Shown one piece after another: positions 10,771-23,429 of a DNA stretch of 63,768 bases. Each line of letters starts with the position of its first letter. Position 1 is the stretch's first letter. A program made the position numbers and the translations under genes. The DNA is taken from contig CM097885.1 of assembly GCA_044892525.1 (NCBI GenBank), positions 176,514,001 through 176,577,768 on the forward strand, given 5' to 3'. A model generated the notes under the pieces. It worked only from the letters and a program-made list of their open reading frames with translations. It made no database searches and was not told where the DNA came from. This DNA comes from Schmidtea polychroa. Its lineage: Eukaryota.

Positions 10771-11887
10771 ATTAGGGTAGGCCCATCACTACATTTACCC
10801 TAGATAAATATTACAGAACGGGGTCAAACAAATATAGAGTCAACGTGTACGCCGAAGAACGCCAGTAAACAAAGTTTTCTCGTTGATATCCATCTATGCA
10901 ATCCAGATCGACAACCAAACAATCCAATTTCCCAAACAAGAGCCAATAATTGAACTTTCATCGATATTCATTTGTGTAAATAACTATGCGTTCAAAACTT
11001 TATAATGATTCATTTTTCTTCGGTGTAATAGCTAGATATTTTTAATCATGAACTATATCGAACTTTAATTTTTATTGAATTTGTATATTTTTATTGTGAA
11101 TTTTTATTTTTATGTTCTCAGTATATTTCTAATTTTTATAAACACAAATAAAAATAATGGGTATTTAAGAGAAATTAATTTAATAATATCAGATTAAAAT
11201 TTCAATATAGAATTGAATAACTTTCAGATTAATAAATTACCATTAAAAAATTGAATAATTTTCAAAAACAAGTTCAATCCAATTAGCAGATATAGAATTT
11301 AATAATTTCCAATGTCGATTCCAATAAACAGCAGTAGAATCAAAAAAAATTAATATTTATAATAACTGTAGAGAAATTAAGTGAATATTTGTTAAACATT
11401 AGGCATATGAAACAGCAGTAGAATTAAAAATACATATTTATAATAACTGTTCAACATTAGATATAGAAAAATTAAATAAATATTTATTAAACATTAGGTA
11501 TGTAGAAAATTTAGTATATAAGCGATCATTAAAATCAGTTTATTCGCCCAAAAATTTTGCGAAAAACTCTTATTCAAAGGTTAATCCTTCGAATAACTTA
11601 ATCCGCGAATCAGTACAAAAAGATTCACATATTGACGAAACATACTAAGGTATAACACGCATACACAACATATAACAATACACATATAATCTTTACAAGC
11701 ATTTCAGGAAAAGTTATTGAAAAGAATTGTCAAAGTATTACAAATTTTCTATACTTGGTAATTGTTGATTATAATAAATTTTATTACATATATTTGTCTT
11801 TGTTTTGATATATATATAAGAACCAGTAAGTTGAGTGTTCCCGAATATCGAGGCCTCAACACAAGTCAAAAGGAGAGAAAATCGAAA

Positions 11888-12070
11888 ATGTCAATAGTAA
11901 TAATAGTAATAACATTATTATTAGATTTGATAAAAGGGAATAATGCAATCATAGCGTATGACTGTCAGAATCCCAAGTGGGGACAAAAGTATTCATTATT
12001 ATTTGTAGAAAATTGCCCATAGGCAAACCCAACAAAATTAATCATGGCAGACCCAAAGACCTTAATTTAA
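11888..12070 (+). pseudogene. N-terminus of a chuvirus-like / retroelement env-like class III glycoprotein, truncated
   Basis: Signal-peptide-like MSIVIIVITLLLDLIKGNNA followed by IIAYDC-x8-YSL-x5-C, the pattern I recall at the start of chuvirus-type glycoproteins and related retroelement env ORFs; continues *ANPTKLIMADPKTLI. TATA-like tract about 70 nt upstream. Confidence 0.55.
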
Positions 12071-12528
12071 CCTCCAGTAATTTTAAAAATTGATGAGTCA
12101 TCTGATGAGTCAAACTGATGAAACCGATAGAAATTTTAAAAATAAATTAATAAAAATACGCCCCTCCTCCCCCTCCCCCATTTGCCCTCCCTACAATGAG
12201 TCATATGTTTTTGTTCCCGGCTCCATCCTACTTGAAATTTTAAATGAAAGTTATTTTGATTTATAAATTTATTTTGAAGGAACCTGATGAACTTAGGGTT
12301 GTGAAAGGATTACAACTTGTAATGTATTGTTAAATTTTATCTTTTTCTTTTTTTTGTTGGTTTTAGTACAAAGTGTATTATAATTTTACACGTCGCACGT
12401 GGAGAAGATTTTATTTATTTGTTTTTTTATTTAAAAAAAACTATATAGCAATAATTTTTATCGCTATAGAAAATTGAATTTAAAAGATTAAAAAAAATCA
12501 ATAAAACATTTTTAAAAGCAACTAAAAT

Positions 12529-12870
12529 ATAATTGAAAACTTGTTCAAATATACAATTGGAATCTTGTGCAAGGATATAATTGAAAACCTATTCAAAGCT
12601 ACAATTGAAAACTTATTCAAAGATACAATCGAAAACTTATTCAAAGATACAAACGAAAACTTATTCAAAGATACAATTGCAAACTTATTCGAAGATACAA
12701 TTGAAAACCTATTCAAAGATATAATTGAAAGATATAATTGAAAACTTATTCAAAGATACAATTGAAAACTTATTCAAAGATACAAACGAAAACTTATTCA
12801 AAGATACAATCGCAAACTTATTCGAAGATACAATTGAAAACCTATTCAAAGATATAATTTAAAAAGATAT
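12529..12870 (+). repeat. 24-bp minisatellite (ACAATTGAAAACTTATTCAAAGAT), about 13 units
   Basis: Directly visible tandem units, with a higher-order duplication of variant units; translates to TIENLFKD repeats. Confidence 0.9.
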
Positions 12871-13299
12871 AATTGAAGAAAAAAAAAGATTATCACTAAC
12901 TATCGTATATCCTTGAGAATAATAAGTGAATCAAGAAGACTTTTGAAAGAAAATTAGTATATCATTGTAGAAATTCCTACTCATTCAAAAAAAACAAGAT
13001 TGTTAGATTTACTTATATTTTAATAAAAGTTAAGGATATTGTTTTGTTTGATTACTTTTCATAATATATTTGTTATTTGCCTACATAAACCGCATAGATA
13101 TAACATACACATACGCCAACTGTCCCAAACAGTTATTTTTGCGGAGACTCTGTTGGCCTCTACAATTTTCCTATACACAACACCATCATATTACTTTTTA
13201 CTGAATAAGAAGAATCTAACACAACTTATCATTTTTATAATGAAAAATGATCCTAATTTGTTTAAAGCTTAATGCGATTATGAAACTGGATTACATTTA

Positions 13300-13910
13300 G
13301 AAAACTTAAGAGAAAAGAGGTCTAGAAATAACAGAAGTAAATGATGAATATCTAATAAAATCATTAAATAGATTCATCAAACTGACCAACAGCAGTCACT
13401 CCAATAATTAACATATTAAACAAGTTAACAGGTGTGTGCCAAACAAGAACTGACAACATGATCAACAACATCAATGATGCTTGGAAATGGCGAGAGAACA
13501 CACTAGTACATAAAAGTCAAAATGATGCGAAAAAGTCATGGATTGAAAAAGTAAGCGAATATCACTGCTTCCTTGGAGATGATGGAAAAATAAATAAATA
13601 TGATTTTCAGCGTCTAGTATCCGAGTATTTGGAATAAACACATTATATTTGGCTCGATTAATAGCGTAATAGAATGCAAAATAATATAAGAGCCAATTTT
13701 TAAAGGCAGATGAAATAATTTTGAAATCTACCTACATGGATTACACTATGACATCTAATAACAGAAGTGGAAGCTAAAAGAAAAGTAAAAGAATTAGAAG
13801 AAATTTGAGCAGCATTGGGAATACAGATACCGAAATAGATGTCAAATTCAAAACATGTGTTAAAGGAGATTCCACATGAAAATCGAGCACAGAGTATAAA
13901 GAATAAAACT
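13300..13910 (+). pseudogene. Decayed coding remnant, family not recognised
   Basis: Protein-like pieces (NILNKLTGVCQTRTDNMINNINDAWKWRENTLVHKSQ...; EVEAKRKVKELEEI) interrupted by stops. Confidence 0.25.
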
Positions 13911-14410
13911 ACCATACGATCATTACTAAAATTTTTGGTGTAAAGTTGGAATCAAAGCTGGAAAATTTTGAGGAAGTAATTATAATTATACAAATATAAT
14001 TATACACACATGCATAAATAATACAATATCGCACCTTTGACATTCAGACAAAACTTACATAATATTCAGTCTTACAAATCCGACATGCAATAATATTATT
14101 TCAAACAAATATTATTTACAGTTATCCTACATCCACCTCGTTTTAAAATACCTGATCTATTCAACATTTCTAATTTTCCATTTTTCATTTTTCAGCATGT
14201 GTAAGTGTCACATGCATTAATGTATATCAGAAGTAGGTACGCATGAGATCAATGAGAACCACATTCTAATTGTTCTATATTACATAAGGCCACGCCAGAA
14301 TTTAGGAGTATTAAAAATTATGTTTTTTATAATCAAAATTAAAAAAGCAAAAAAACTAGATATTAATAAAACAATAGAAATTAAATCCTTATACCAAAAT
14401 ACTTAGTTTA

Positions 14411-16074
14411 CCGTATATTTCGGCGTATAAGACGACCCTTAAAGTCAAAAAATCAAATTTGAAAATTGTGGGTCGTCTTATACAACCGATATAAAAGAAA
14501 GTATTACAGTACAGGTAGTTGTATTTATACTACTTTTATGCATATCTAAAACCCATCAAATTCATCACCATCATCACCGTCTGTTTCGAAAAGTTTTTCG
14601 AATACATCACGAGATTCATCACAGATGCCATCATCGTAGGGAGTCCATTCTGGTTCTGGCAAGTCGACTTCGGCTTCATCTTCGCTTTCATACAATAAAT
14701 CATCCTCACTACCATCCATGGCATTAAATATTTCACATTTTTTAAAGGATTTTATGACACTTTCTACCTTAACATTATCCCATGCTTTTATAACAAACTC
14801 GCAAAGAACATCAAGTGAGGCACCACGCATAGCTCCGTTTTTTCTAAATGACTTTTCACCATTCATCATCCACTCATTCCATTGTGCTCTAGCATTATCC
14901 TTGAATGGCTTATTTAAGCTTACGTCAAGCGGCTGAAGTACAGAAGTTAAACCACCTGAGATAACCGCAATATCGGTGTTGTTGCGCGCTAGAATTAGCC
15001 GTTATATGGCTCCGAAACATATCCCAGACCAACAAACTGCGTTCCTTTCGCATACCACCTGGCCGTCTGTTCCAAATATTTTCAATCCATAACTTTACAC
15101 CATTCTCGTCCATCCACCCTTTCTCGTGGAAGTGAACCAAAAGTTATTTTAGGTTTTGTTTTACGTTTAAAGATAACCATTGGTTTCAATTTAGTACCAT
15201 CTGCCATGCACCCTAATACCACTGTAAATCTTGTCTTCTCGTGTCCTGTACTTTTCACGTTTACTGTTCTTACACCTTTAAAATCCACTGTTTTATTACC
15301 AAGCATGTCAAAATTCATTGGAGTTTCATCCATATTTCCGATATGGGATAATGGAAATTTATGCCTTTTCCTTAGCTGAATTATGAAATGGTGGAAGTTT
15401 GTTATTTTGTGCTCGAGATCTTTTGGTAGTTTCTGAGCGATTTTTGTTTTTTCTCTTATTACTAAATTTCTTCTGTTCATAAACCTACTGCACTATCCCA
15501 CTGTAGCTTTGAAGTCTTTACTTTCTTCTTTGTTTGCCTTGGCCCATTTCAAAGCATGAGATCTTATTTTATTTCTGGTCACAATGTAGCCATCTTGTCT
15601 CTGCTGGAGTACCCATTCTGCAACGTCGTCTTCCAATTTCGACCAACATGTGATTCCTCGCCGCATTGCACATTTGTTTTTGGGCATTTGTCTTATATCA
15701 TCCTCCTTCTTTCTCCATTCTCGTACCATCTTTTCAGTAACATCAAATTGTCTTGGCTACGTCTACGACTTTCAACTTGAAACTTGCCTCATATTTTCTT
15801 CTTTTTGTTGGCGGTTCCATTCCTGATATGGGTTTAATAATAAAATGACCACAATCTATACCAATCTATACTGAATCTATACTAATAAATCATCTTTACA
15901 TAACCAATATTTCATAAGATACCGGGTGTTGCAATCTCTAGCCTAGGCTAAACAAACATGGTTTCGTTATTTAGCAGTCGTCTTATACAACCGATATATG
16001 ATAAATCATAAAAATTTGCTCTAATTTTGTACCTCGTCTTATCTGACGGTCGCCTTATACGCCGAAATATACGG
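14411..16074 (-). mobile_element. pogo-family (POGK/pogoR11-like) DNA transposon
   Basis: TIRs CCGTATATTTCGGCGTATAAG(A/G)CGACC at both ends, TA on each side (14409-10, 16075-76), internal GTCGTCTTATACAACCGATATA repeats. Confidence 0.92.
14546..15820 (-). pseudogene. Disrupted pogo transposase
   Basis: MEPPTKRRKYEASFKLKVV (Brinker-type DBD), HTH_Tc5, GNMDETPMNFD, LLVWDMFRSH (DDE_1) and an acidic tail; frameshifts and small deletions. Confidence 0.9.
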
Positions 16075-16925
16075 TAATTTACAAGGATTCAGCAAAACAA
16101 AAATTCTGAAATAATATAACAATGAATTTTAAATTTCAATGGAAGCCACACTGAAATTCACAAAGATTTGCAAGCGCCTTTCAATGTTAGATTTGAATTG
16201 GTTAAAAGCTACAAAAGAAGTTATATTTGTATTGGATTGAAATGTGTTATGAAAGAATTACTGTGAAATTGGCATTCGATAGAAAACTGTCAATAAAATG
16301 TTAAAAAATAAAATAAAATCAGACATCTTTTATTGTTCCTAACAAAATAATATAAAAATTTAGTGTCAGCAAATAGAAAATTTAGATTTAAAAGTCATTA
16401 AATAATTTCAGAAAATAAAAAATGTAGATTTTTCGTTAAATTAATAAAACCGTATTTTAAGAATAAAAAACCGGAGGTCGTTGACGTAAAATAACAAAAG
16501 AAACCGTGTTTTTGGTTACTGGGGAAACCGGTTTGCAATCACCAGTCTTGGCACAATTACTAATAACATTTATTTGCAACATGCTATTCTTTTTATTAAG
16601 AATCAATTATCTCCAATTTTCTATCAAACATAAAACTGTATCACAAAAAATTAACTCGAAAACTGATAACAATCAAAATCAAAATTTATAAGTTAACTAT
16701 TTTAATTTAAAAAAATAATAATAAGTTTTCAAATATTATTTCAACTAGAAAACCATTTGTAGTGAAATAAATGAAATAATATTAATTGGATTTTCCAAAA
16801 ATAAGCAACTAAAATCAGTTGTATCCATAACTCTAAAGTTTATTAACATAAGTTTTGAAATACCAGGTTCATATTTTGCGAAAAAATTAGCTAAGATATT
16901 TATTTTGGAACTCAGAAATAGCGAT

Positions 16926-18689
16926 TTATTCGATTTTGTTCATTTGATTACTTGACAAATCATTTATACTCTGGGATTTATATGTGCCATTTGAGTTAGA
17001 TTTGCTTTGTAAATATGGTCTATTTACTGTATCCCCGATAATTAAAGCTGAATATCGACGCCTGATTGGACAATAAGAACGGTTTGTTGGTTTGAATGTC
17101 AATTCTGAATCAGATGGTGAACCTAAATTTTTACAGTAACTTTTAATTTTGGATTTTTCATTTATAATCTGTTTCTCGCTTAATGATCTTTTCGGTAAAT
17201 ATGAGTCATCTTTTAATAGTCGTTTCTTTTCTGACTGAACTAATCTAACAAGTTTAGCCACTCGATTTCTTTGATCACTATTTAGGTAATATCTCATTTT
17301 AGAATTGTTCAAAGATTTCCTTTTATTTTTTAGCGTTTTTTTTTGAATTTCATTGTTCTCAATATTTTCTCCATGACTGTTTTCTAATGAAAATTTTTCC
17401 CCAAAAGGTTTTGCAATGAAGTAATTGTATTGTTTTAATAACGCTAATATATTCATTTTAATAGCGTTGATAATCGCTTGCATATTTGAAATTTGAACGA
17501 GTAAGCATGATTTTTCTAACGGTTTTATAAATTTGATATATAATTCCAACCAAAAATCAGAGAATAATGGAACTTTAGAAAGGGACTGATAAATATAGGA
17601 ATTAATTTTAAACGACGTTTTGGCAACGTAAATCCAAGGCATTATTCTAAGAACTTCTCTAGATAAATTAGGATCTGTGGAATTGAGAAAGTTTATAATC
17701 CCACCTTCGCTATTTAAGCCTATAGAAACAAAATATTCGGTTAGAAAATACCAAACTTTGTAGTTATTGATCCATGATATACAGCAGTTCAAATAGGACG
17801 GGTCGGATATCAGAGGAATTTTATGAATTAGTGTGTCAAGGGCGTTTTTATTCGTTGAAAAAGCGTTGGTGCTAGTTTCTTGAGGTTTCCTACTGATATT
17901 TGATTTTGTTAAGCAAAGCGAATCTGTTTCTTCCAAATCAGATTCTTGAGATGATTTAAGTTTGAAAATTGAAATTGTATCTGATTCATTTTTTAGTTTA
18001 ATTTCATTTGCTGATCTCCATCGATTGCACTCAATCAAAAATTCTTTTGATAATTTTTTGGAAAAATTTTCATTCGTAGGAATGTCGCATGTGAGTGAAG
18101 ATAATATATTAAGAGCAATAAAATTGAATTTACGACGATCTTCGCGACGCTTGGTCATAGAAGGTCCAGGAGGATCGATCATTACGACAAGTGCTGATAT
18201 ATTATCTGCTCTGATTCGACGACGTTTCCATTGAGAAATGGAATATTTTACCAACGAAGCTGCAGGATTGTAAAAGAAATTTGAATTGATATTTGGATCA
18301 AGAAATACTCGACGTTCAGTTTCTCGTTCACATATTCTAACGAGTTCTATAGCAGCTTCAACGGGTACGACATTCCATAAACCATCACTTCCAAGTACAA
18401 TGCACCTATGTTCTGTTGAATCGAGTGAAATGCATATCACATCGGGTTCTGGAGATATGTGATATATACCTTGATTCTGGTCATAGCTCCATAAATCACC
18501 AAGTGATCTAGTTACTGCGAGAAATGGAACCTGTTCATATTCGACTGAATCACCTTCAACGATATCTTTTTTTTTATTAGAATTTTTAGGTCTATTCCAA
18601 ACTACTCGTTGGACACCGCATTTCTTTGCTAGCATACCACCGTATTTTTCTATGCGTTTCTTTTCAACCAAATTGGATGGTTTGTGTTC
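16926..18689 (-). CDS. PPM1D: PPM1D/Wip1-like PP2C phosphatase, exon 3
   Basis: After the acceptor ttcag at 18690: EHKP...RVVWNRP...VPFLAVTRSLGDLWSYD...SPEPD...CIVLGSDGLWN...RIRADNISALV, all PPM1D-type motifs, followed by a long divergent C-terminus. Confidence 0.88.
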   Translation of the reverse strand, partial: EHKPSNLVEKKRIEKYGGMLAKKCGVQRVVWNRPKNSNKKKDIVEGDSVEYEQVPFLAVTRSLGDLWSYDQNQGIYHISPEPDVICISLDSTEHRCIVLGSDGLWNVVPVEAAIELVRICERETERRVFLDPNINSNFFYNPAASLVKYSISQWKRRRIRADNISALVVMIDPPGPSMTKRREDRRKFNFIALNILSSLTCDIPTNENFSKKLSKEFLIECNRWRSANEIKLKNESDTISIFKLKSSQESDLEETDSLCLTKSNISRKPQETSTNAFSTNKNALDTLIHKIPLISDPSYLNCCISWINNYKVWYFLTEYFVSIGLNSEGGIINFLNSTDPNLSREVLRIMPWIYVAKTSFKINSYIYQSLSKVPLFSDFWLELYIKFIKPLEKSCLLVQISNMQAIINAIKMNILALLKQYNYFIAKPFGEKFSLENSHGENIENNEIQKKTLKNKRKSLNNSKMRYYLNSDQRNRVAKLVRLVQSEKKRLLKDDSYLPKRSLSEKQIINEKSKIKSYCKNLGSPSDSELTFKPTNRSYCPIRRRYSALIIGDTVNRPYLQSKSNSNGTYKSQSINDLSSNQMNKIE

Positions 18690-18755
18690 CTGAATTATGT
18701 TTCGAATTGTGTAAATTTTTTACTATTTTAATATATTTGGAATATTTTTATTATA

Positions 18756-19641
18756 CAGGAATACCTCGAACAGTACGGTTAATCGATTCTGGAATTTAGC
18801 CGTACTATTTGAAACCGAACTATTCGAGGCATTCTGGCGCTAATAAATTTAGGGCTTAGTACCCATATTAAGAAATTTAAAAATCGTGATTATAATCTAG
18901 TAAACAAAAAATATTTTGTTATGTATTTTCATTTTTCTGATATTCAAGAGCAAAACAAGCATATTTAACACAGTTGTACATTTAAATATATATTTATTGA
19001 AATTTATAAGCCGGCTCCATGTTAACCATTCGAGGGCTTCTAATTCTGGTTACCACTTTTGACAAATATGACGCCGTAGCTATACCTTGCGACTTTTATT
19101 GATCTTTATTTTTCACAATTTTCCGAACTGACGCCTCGTTCATTCCCCTTTCTTTTCCTACTTTAGCAAACGAAGCCCCTTCCTCATGAAGTTTATTAAC
19201 GCTAAGCTTCTGTTCTAAAGTGAGCCATTTGCGTTTTTTGGTTGTGGACTCACTTTTACACTTTGTTCTGCCACTCATTTTATTTTTTAAATTAATATAT
19301 AAAAGTCAACATACTCTACGATTAAAAATATAAAACCAACAACTTTGATCTATTATCGCGCGATCGTGAATGTATCCGTAGTGAAATTTTTTACGGTTTA
19401 TTTATTCAATTTTTTATTAAAACTACAAACCTGAAATTAAACGTAACAAAACATATTATTAAACACGTGCCGTATGATTTTATAATAACGAATAAATTCT
19501 AAAAAATTAATTTAAGAAAACTTTTTTAAATTTCGAAAATTTTATTTAATCATTTTAAAAACAATCATATTTTGAAAATTTCAAAAACTGTACTATAAAG
19601 AAACCGTACTGATCGAAACCGTACTATGCGAGGTATTCCTG
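18756..19641 (-). mobile_element. Non-autonomous Tigger element in PPM1D intron 2
   Basis: TIRs CAGGAATACCTCG...CGAGGTATTCCTG, TA target duplication, psq-HTH remnant KRKWLTLEQKL (19096..19278). Confidence 0.85.
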
Positions 19642-20351
19642 TATATACAATAACATGAAAAGCATGAACTGGTTATATCCAGCGAAATAAGTCATATATT
19701 AAGTAAGAGTTGTGTAAGAGACGAAAATCCAAATTTTCGTATATTAAATATCATTTGAAACAGAAAGTTACCAGAAAAACTGCACGCAAAAATTGGCCAA
19801 ACATATATCTTATGCCATGGAAAGTTGATGAAAAATAATAGTAAAATTCAAATAAAGAAAACTATCTTAAAAGATGGGAGCGCCCTAAAATACGTCTTCC
19901 ATAATGTCAGAAAATTTTTATTATTTGTCTTCTAAAAATGCTATTTCTTATTGTAAGTGTTGTTATGTTTATATATTTCCATATAAATAACTATGACAAC
20001 TTCATTATATCTCATATGATTTGACTTAAGAGAAAGGAATTTTGTTTGGTATATCGCAAATTTATTTAGTAGAAAACAGATTTTTTAGATCATAAATTAT
20101 GCGTGATATATTGATAATTTATATATTACAAAATAAGATTATATTATTAAACTATAAAATAACAAATTTATAATTAACTATGAAAAAAAATTGTTTATCA
20201 CTAATGAACTAATATGTGAATGCATAAGATCTTTTTGGAATTCGATTATTGAAAGTATGATAAAAGTTGCTCTTTGATGTGTTCACTTGATTGTATGTCA
20301 AAAGATTAAAGTTACATCAATTTATAAGCATTATGAATTAGGCCCTATGAT

Positions 20352-20445
20352 TAAGGTGACCAGACGTCCCGGCTTTGACGGGACAGTCCCGATTTTTCAC
20401 GATTTATCCCGCGTCCCGCAACGTTTTTCAAAAGTCCCGACTTTT
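20352..20445 (+). mobile_element. hAT-like terminal fragment
   Basis: TAAGGTGACCAGACGTCCCGG...GTCCCG repeats resemble TAGGGTGACC-type hAT ends; partner end not identified. Confidence 0.4.
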
Positions 20446-21269
20446 AGAATTAAGTTAACTTTTATATGTATGAAAATCATTGTTTAGGATTCTTAAGAAT
20501 CCTACGGACTACTAAGACTAACATATTGCTTTTCTTACCCAGTTACATTGTATTTGTTTCTTAGATAATACACTTTATTAAATGTTCAAAATAAATCTGG
20601 GTCTGATATGGGGAAATATAGAAATATTAACTATTTTATAATGGTGTGTTTTGAAATAATTCTCTGAGATATTTGTCAATTTACAATTACATCGTAGCTT
20701 CAGCCGAACGTAGTTTTTCGTTGTTAAAATTACATTTGATATGCAATAAGTTAAGATGGTTTTGGCTATGTTGTCTATCGGAACCGGGGTATCAAATTCC
20801 AAAAATTTTGATGTAATTAACGAATTTATAACGAAAAAGACTAGAAAATTTATTTAATAATATTTTATTATTCTATATAATATAAAATAATCTGTTTATA
20901 ATAAAAATATTATTTAAATGTTCTTTTTTTTTGTCCCGCGCAAGTTTTTAGCCAAATCCAGTTTCAGTTTTAACAATTTGTATGTACTGATGCGTTTTTG
21001 TGCCAAAATTAGAGCTCGAAAGGAATGCCTTTTTAGTAGCTTTCTTTTCGTTAGCAACAGTTTTGAGTAATATGTATTTTTATCTAGCTTTCAAAGAAAT
21101 CAGTTAAAATGATACTTTTAGCATTCCTAAGAGTGATTGGTTGATGAACTAATTTTCTTTATACGGCACTTCGGTAGATAATATACACTGTAACGACTCT
21201 TGCTATTCTTCGAAATTTAAAGGGACATTGATGTTTCGTTCATAGTAATAGTACTCTCCAAAAACCAAT

Positions 21270-21455
21270 CGCCATTGATGACTTCAAGTATTTTTGAAGA
21301 GTGGCTTCATACAAATGATAAAAAATGTGGCCAAGAAAGTAGAAACGTATGCCTTTTAATTGATAATTGTTCCTCTCATCCGAAAATATTGACTAGAGAA
21401 TTGAGTAATATAAAGCTGATTTATTTGATTGAATCACTTAATGCTATGAGATGAA
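21270..21455 (+). pseudogene. Tigger DDE transposase remnant in PPM1D intron 2
   Basis: Frame reads LMTSSIFEEWLHTNDKKCGQESRNVCLLIDNCSSHPKILTRELSNIKLIYL (Tigger WMT..F..W / LLxDNCxxH motif). Confidence 0.75.
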
Positions 21456-21935
21456 GTCTAATTAGTATCATGGGAGTACCTAAGTGGATTGGCTTATGGG
21501 ATACAATCAACTTCCATGAAAAAACGTAGCCCAGCGACAAAAATGAAGCAAACAAGGCGATTACCTCCTGATATATAGTTTTGAAATGTTTGTAAAGGCT
21601 AAAGTGAATGAACCAACAACAAAACTTCTAAATCTCTGCAAGAATTTCCTCAAGTATATCTACATACACGAAACAGAATACCTCCATTCTAATTAAAAAG
21701 AACTGCAGTAGTAATTTTATAATTTTAATATAAACTGAATTTTAGAGAATAAAAAGCTTCATGCAATTTCGAATTTATAAATATAAATCTAAAATAAGAA
21801 AACACTGATGTCATTCTAACTAACATATAAATATTGCATCATCGTCTTAAAAATGGATATGAAAATGTAATTATGTAGCACATAGATAAATTATTTTATT
21901 AAAATTTATTTTATTTAGAGTATAAATAAGTATAC

Positions 21936-22114
21936 CACAGTCAAACACACTGGTTCCCATGAATCCGTGCGCGCAGAGACAATTTTAGAACATCCGAGAA
22001 CACATGCCGAATCTCCAACGTGGCCAATGTACAATTTTCTATTTCTTACTATAGCAATAGTAACCGTTGTTCCCGCTGTACTGTCAAATCCGCTTATTGT
22101 TTTTGACCAATTTT
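21936..22114 (-). CDS. PPM1D: PPM1D-like exon 2
   Basis: NWSKTISGFDSTAGTTVTIAIVRNRKLYIGHVGDSACVLG...CLTV; AG acceptor at 22116-15, GT donor at 21935; splices in frame to EHKP. Confidence 0.88.
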
Positions 22115-22167
22115 CTAAAATATAAATTTGGTATTTTAATTTAGTTTTTTTAATAATATAATCTTGC

Positions 22168-22465
22168 CTCTCTCTTTCCACATTAGCTGATGTGTGTTAA
22201 TAAACCCTTGCTTAATAGCTGATAGAACATCGTCATCGTTTTCACTCCAGAATTGTGAAATTTTTTTAATTTCATTTATTAAGTTCTTTTTAGCAAAACT
22301 GGCTGCTTCTGCTCCACCATGCCCATCAAATATTCCAAAAAATCCAAAAACAATACTTCCATTCACTTTTTCAAAATAACACTTGGAAAAATCTTCCATA
22401 TAGTTTCGATCGCCTTTGTCTAGACATTCTGTAACTCTTAAGTTAACGCCAATTTCAAAAACCAT
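22168..22465 (-). CDS. PPM1D: PPM1D-like exon 1
   Basis: MVFEIG...DKGDRNYMED...FFGIFDGHGGAEAASFAK...HQLMWKER; ends at a GC donor (AG/GCAAG). An upstream ATG at 22489 is an alternative start. Joined CDS is about 746 aa. Confidence 0.85.
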
Positions 22466-23429
22466 TAAAATAAAACGATAAATTATCATTCATTTTAAAT
22501 ATTTCATAATTTAAACACAAATATTGCATTTTATTAATTTTATTGCATTTTTCAATTAGACTTAGTAATTTAATAACATTAGGAATATTTTTAAATAAAA
22601 ATAATTAAAAACCCTTATTTAATTAATTTTATTGTACTTTTAAATTACATGGATTCCGTCAAGAATATTTCGTCTACGTCTCAACCTAATCTTAATGCAG
22701 CGATCTTCTATGTCTGATCCGTGTGTTGGGTTAGAGCCGAAAAATTGAGAGCTTGTTTAAATACGTCCGAAATACATAGCATGGAAAATTCCCCTAGTCG
22801 AATCAAATAATACAAAGCAAAATATGTAACTCCGTGAGGATAAATAAACAGGTATAATAAAAATTAAATTGCAGTTTCCAACATATTTAAGGAAGAAACA
22901 GCGAATTCGAAAATTCTGTCAACTCGGAAAGTAGAGAATAATAAATAAAAGAACGAATTAATAATATAAAAATTTTAAATGATTTTGGTCTTATTTACAT
23001 ACGAAGGACCACATTCAAATTAATTAAGAATGTTATGGCTCTTATTTGCATAAAACAATTCTAGAAAAAATAAATCTCATTTAATTTAAAATAAATTACA
23101 TAAATCTGGCAACACCCGAGTATGTGTGCGCAGGCATTCTTAAATTTTTAGAATTAAGCACTCTCTGATTTAAAGGAGTGGCAAAGAATATGTTGGTGGG
23201 TATTACAAATTTGTATTAATACCGACCAAAATTTCATTATTTCAACTGGTTCTAATTTTTTTAGCTCTGACAAAATTTTATGCTCTCAGTTTTTCGTTAC
23301 TAACTGAGTTTTATTCAAATTTTATGCATTAATATTTGTGATATTTCAATATTAATAAATTTTTCGTTTTATTTTTCATTCTTTTTTATATGCTTTCTAT
23401 AAATTCTATTCTTTTTGAAACGGCCCATA

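Noticed and set aside
12091-12135. Hammerhead ribozyme (CTGATGA...GAAA)
   Set aside because: No stem I/III or cleavage triplet can be formed; it looks like a short TGATGAGTCA duplication.
12529-12870. CRISPR array
   Set aside because: Units are contiguous with no unique spacers; eukaryotic context with no cas genes.
22724-22740. Another TGTTGGG element start upstream of PPM1D
   Set aside because: No matching right end, TSD or family motifs follow it.
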